64,000 nt of DNA from Opitutales bacterium. GTDB lineage: Bacteria > Verrucomicrobiota > Verrucomicrobiia > Opitutales > PNEW01. Every line of letters starts with the position of its first letter. Position 1 is the first letter of the stretch. Where the stretch lies: the NCBI GenBank assembly GCA_965197745.1, contig CBDANS010000005.1, positions 256,001 through 320,000 on the forward strand, written 5' to 3'. The notes under the pieces were generated by a model, which saw only the letters and a program-made list of their open reading frames with translations, was not told the DNA's origin and did not search any database. Shown here piece by piece: positions 61,751 through 64,000 of the stretch. The position numbers were made by a program, and so were the translations under genes.

Positions 61751-64000
61751 GTGAAAAATATTATTACCGATTCCTTTCTTCACGAAGCGTACCAAAAAAC
61801 CGATACTGACTTACGGTTACGTCATACTAAAGCGGGATGTGTCATATCCTATTTTTGTATGCCCGCTGGAGCGGCCTTAGACTATTATGTTTATAATGCT
61901 TTTTTATGGCCATTTTTTAAAATCAGGCTGCTTATAAGTTTTTTGGCATTTATTATTTTCCTCCTCCTCTATACCTCAACAGGGCGCAATTATATTAAAG
62001 TTTTTGGTATTATTTGGGTCTTAATGTTGAACCTTTCTTTTTGTTGGATGATTTATTTAACCGAGGGATCGGTGTCGCCATATTACGCAGGTATCAGTTT
62101 AATTATTCTCGGTGTTGCCGTGCTTTTACCATGGTCTGTTGGCGAAACTTTATTGGTATGTGTTGTTTCTATTGGTATGTATCTATTAACCTGCCTTATT
62201 CATAATTATACAGTCCCCGGGCCTTTTAATTATGACATCCTGTTCAATAATGTTTACTTTTTGATTCTTACTAGCTTGATATGTACCACTGCGAGTCATT
62301 TTTATTCGAATAATCGATTCCAGGAATTTCTCCTTCGTCACGAATTGGATATTCGGAATAAGAAACTGGAAGAATTAGACCAGTTGAAGTCTCAATTCTT
62401 CGCCAATGTCAGTCATGAATTACGGACACCGCTTACCCTCATACTTTCACCAATAGAAGATTTATTGCGCCGGAGTGAGAAATTACCGGGTAAAGTTCAT
62501 GAATCTTTACTCGTTTCACATAGAAACGCACTGCGCCTCCTTAAGCTAATTAACGAATTACTTGATATCATGCGTTTGGAGGAAAAGGGATTCACGCTCT
62601 CCAAAGAATCCATAAATTTGAATGTATTTATTCCGGGGATAGTAGATTCAGTCAGGCATTTAAGTGAGGTTAAAAACTTAAGGTTAGTATCTGATGTAGA
62701 AGAGGACTCGGTCCTGGTCGAAGCCGATCCCGATCGAATGGAAAAAGTGCTCCTTAATCTTCTCAGTAATGCCGTAAAATTTACTCCAAGCGGCGGAAAA
62801 ATAATTCTCCGAATACGATCAAAAAATGAACGGGCTCTAATCGAAGTGGAAGATGACGGGATCGGTATTGCGGATGAAGATTTACCCCATATTTTTAAGC
62901 GATTTCATCAAGTTGATGGGGCGACAACAAGAAATTTTCAAGGAGTAGGTATTGGACTGGCCCTCGCTCGCGATCTCGTAGAAAAGCACGAAGGTAGTCT
63001 TACCGCTAAAAGTGAACCGGGGAAGGGGACAACATTTACGATTGATCTCCCTCTAATAGAGACTGCAGAAGAAATTGAAATTTCTAAAAATAGCGAATTA
63101 CCCGGGGACGAGCCTTTCGCGCAGGTTTTTCAATCCGCTAATCGCGTTTTGGAAAAACACAGTACCGCAGATAATAGCATGTTGCCAGCTGTAGGCAGTG
63201 GAGATTTCACTATTCTTGTCGTTGATGATGAACCCGATATGCTTCGCTATCTGGTCACAACCCTCGCTGAAGAATATCGTGTGCTGCAAGCGATCAATGG
63301 GGAACAGGCCATAAAACTGACGCAGACCCATAATCCTGACTTGCTTCTCCTTGACTGGATGTTACCCGGTCGTGATGGATTGGCGGTATGCCGAACTTTG
63401 CGGGAGAGCAAAATGAATGACTTAAAAATTATTTTACTTACTTCGCGCATCGATGAAGCTTCAAAAATAAAAGCTTTGGAGGAGGGAGCGGACGATTTTC
63501 TGACTAAGCCATTTAGTACAATTGAAGTCAGAACGCGAATTGCCAATCAGTTGCGCATTGCCACCTTACAGAAAGACCAACGCCAACGTAATATTGAATT
63601 GGAGGATACCTTAAACCAATTGAAAAATACTGAATCTCAATTGGTTCAAAGTGAAAAAATGAATGCCATCGGCAGTCTTGCCGCCGGGCTGTTACATGAA
63701 ATAAATAATCCGCTTAATTACACCTTAACGGCGTTGCAGGTGGGACGAGAATCCGTTGCAGAAGAAAATAATGATTTGATTGAGACTATGGATGATATCG
63801 ATGAAGGAATGAAGCGGATTAGAGATATAGTCTCGGATTTACGTGATTTCGCCTATCCCAGTAGCATAAGCAAACAACAAAGATTTGAATTGAATGGAGC
63901 TTTGGATACCGCGGTCCGTCTTTTATCGCATGAGTTTAATGGGCTTTCCATAACAAGGGAGATTAGTGATGAATGTAATATTTATGCGTCCAAGACTCAG
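61751..64000 (+). CDS. Membrane hybrid histidine kinase (TM sensor-HisKA-HATPase-REC-second HisKA), PhcS/PhcR-like; truncated by the window edge and absent from the ORF track
   Basis: Open frame of 750 codons from a GTG 3 nt after the phcB stop. Multi-TM sensor (LDYYVY, SPYYAGISL, LLPW), FANVSHELRTPL, NLLSNAVKFT, DDGIG, GVGIGL, REC (VVDDEPD, LLLDWMLPG, DDFLTKPF), then QLVQSEKMNAIGSLAAGLLHEINNPL. Confidence 0.9.
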   Translation, partial: MKNIITDSFLHEAYQKTDTDLRLRHTKAGCVISYFCMPAGAALDYYVYNAFLWPFFKIRLLISFLAFIIFLLLYTSTGRNYIKVFGIIWVLMLNLSFCWMIYLTEGSVSPYYAGISLIILGVAVLLPWSVGETLLVCVVSIGMYLLTCLIHNYTVPGPFNYDILFNNVYFLILTSLICTTASHFYSNNRFQEFLLRHELDIRNKKLEELDQLKSQFFANVSHELRTPLTLILSPIEDLLRRSEKLPGKVHESLLVSHRNALRLLKLINELLDIMRLEEKGFTLSKESINLNVFIPGIVDSVRHLSEVKNLRLVSDVEEDSVLVEADPDRMEKVLLNLLSNAVKFTPSGGKIILRIRSKNERALIEVEDDGIGIADEDLPHIFKRFHQVDGATTRNFQGVGIGLALARDLVEKHEGSLTAKSEPGKGTTFTIDLPLIETAEEIEISKNSELPGDEPFAQVFQSANRVLEKHSTADNSMLPAVGSGDFTILVVDDEPDMLRYLVTTLAEEYRVLQAINGEQAIKLTQTHNPDLLLLDWMLPGRDGLAVCRTLRESKMNDLKIILLTSRIDEASKIKALEEGADDFLTKPFSTIEVRTRIANQLRIATLQKDQRQRNIELEDTLNQLKNTESQLVQSEKMNAIGSLAAGLLHEINNPLNYTLTALQVGRESVAEENNDLIETMDDIDEGMKRIRDIVSDLRDFAYPSSISKQQRFELNGALDTAVRLLSHEFNGLSITREISDECNIYASKTQ

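Noticed and set aside
1555..63546. Numerous short ORFs overlapping or antisense to long genes (e.g. 39483-39923, 40809-41297, 62014-62205, 63247-63546)
   Set aside because: They are shadows of well-supported genes and have no recognisable motifs.
1..64000. CRISPR arrays, rRNA, prophage or defence systems
   Set aside because: I saw no regularly spaced repeats, rRNA-like sequence, or phage or defence protein motifs.

Overview
Bacterial chromosomal window, probably Verrucomicrobiota/Opitutae (inferred from protein style and gene order, not from a search). Positions 1-50.9 kb are mostly core genes: an ExeA-type ATPase, an FtsB-like gene, a phosphohexomutase, a type II secretion cluster (gspG-H-I-J-K-L-M-D-C?-E-F), a TtpB-TtpC-ExbB-ExbD-TonB-TPR cluster, rpmI-rplT-pheST-gatCAB, a MoxR/Bat operon ending in an M32 carboxypeptidase, nusA-infB-rbfA-truB-ribF-thuA, and parA-rnc-mfd-surA-like. 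After tRNA-Cys (50867-50941) an accessory block begins: a TonB-dependent receptor, a single-module fully reducing type I PKS with no thioesterase (KS-AT-DH-ER-KR-ACP), a PhcB-like SAM methyltransferase, and a membrane hybrid kinase resembling a PhcS-PhcR fusion. The kinase runs off the window and is missing from the ORF track. The best candidate for a new system is a Ralstonia Phc-type fatty-acid-methyl-ester quorum-sensing circuit with its own PKS supplying the acyl chain. Three accessory genes (ExeA-like, receptor, PKS) each carry one in-frame TAA with the frame intact on both sides, while the core genes look intact.
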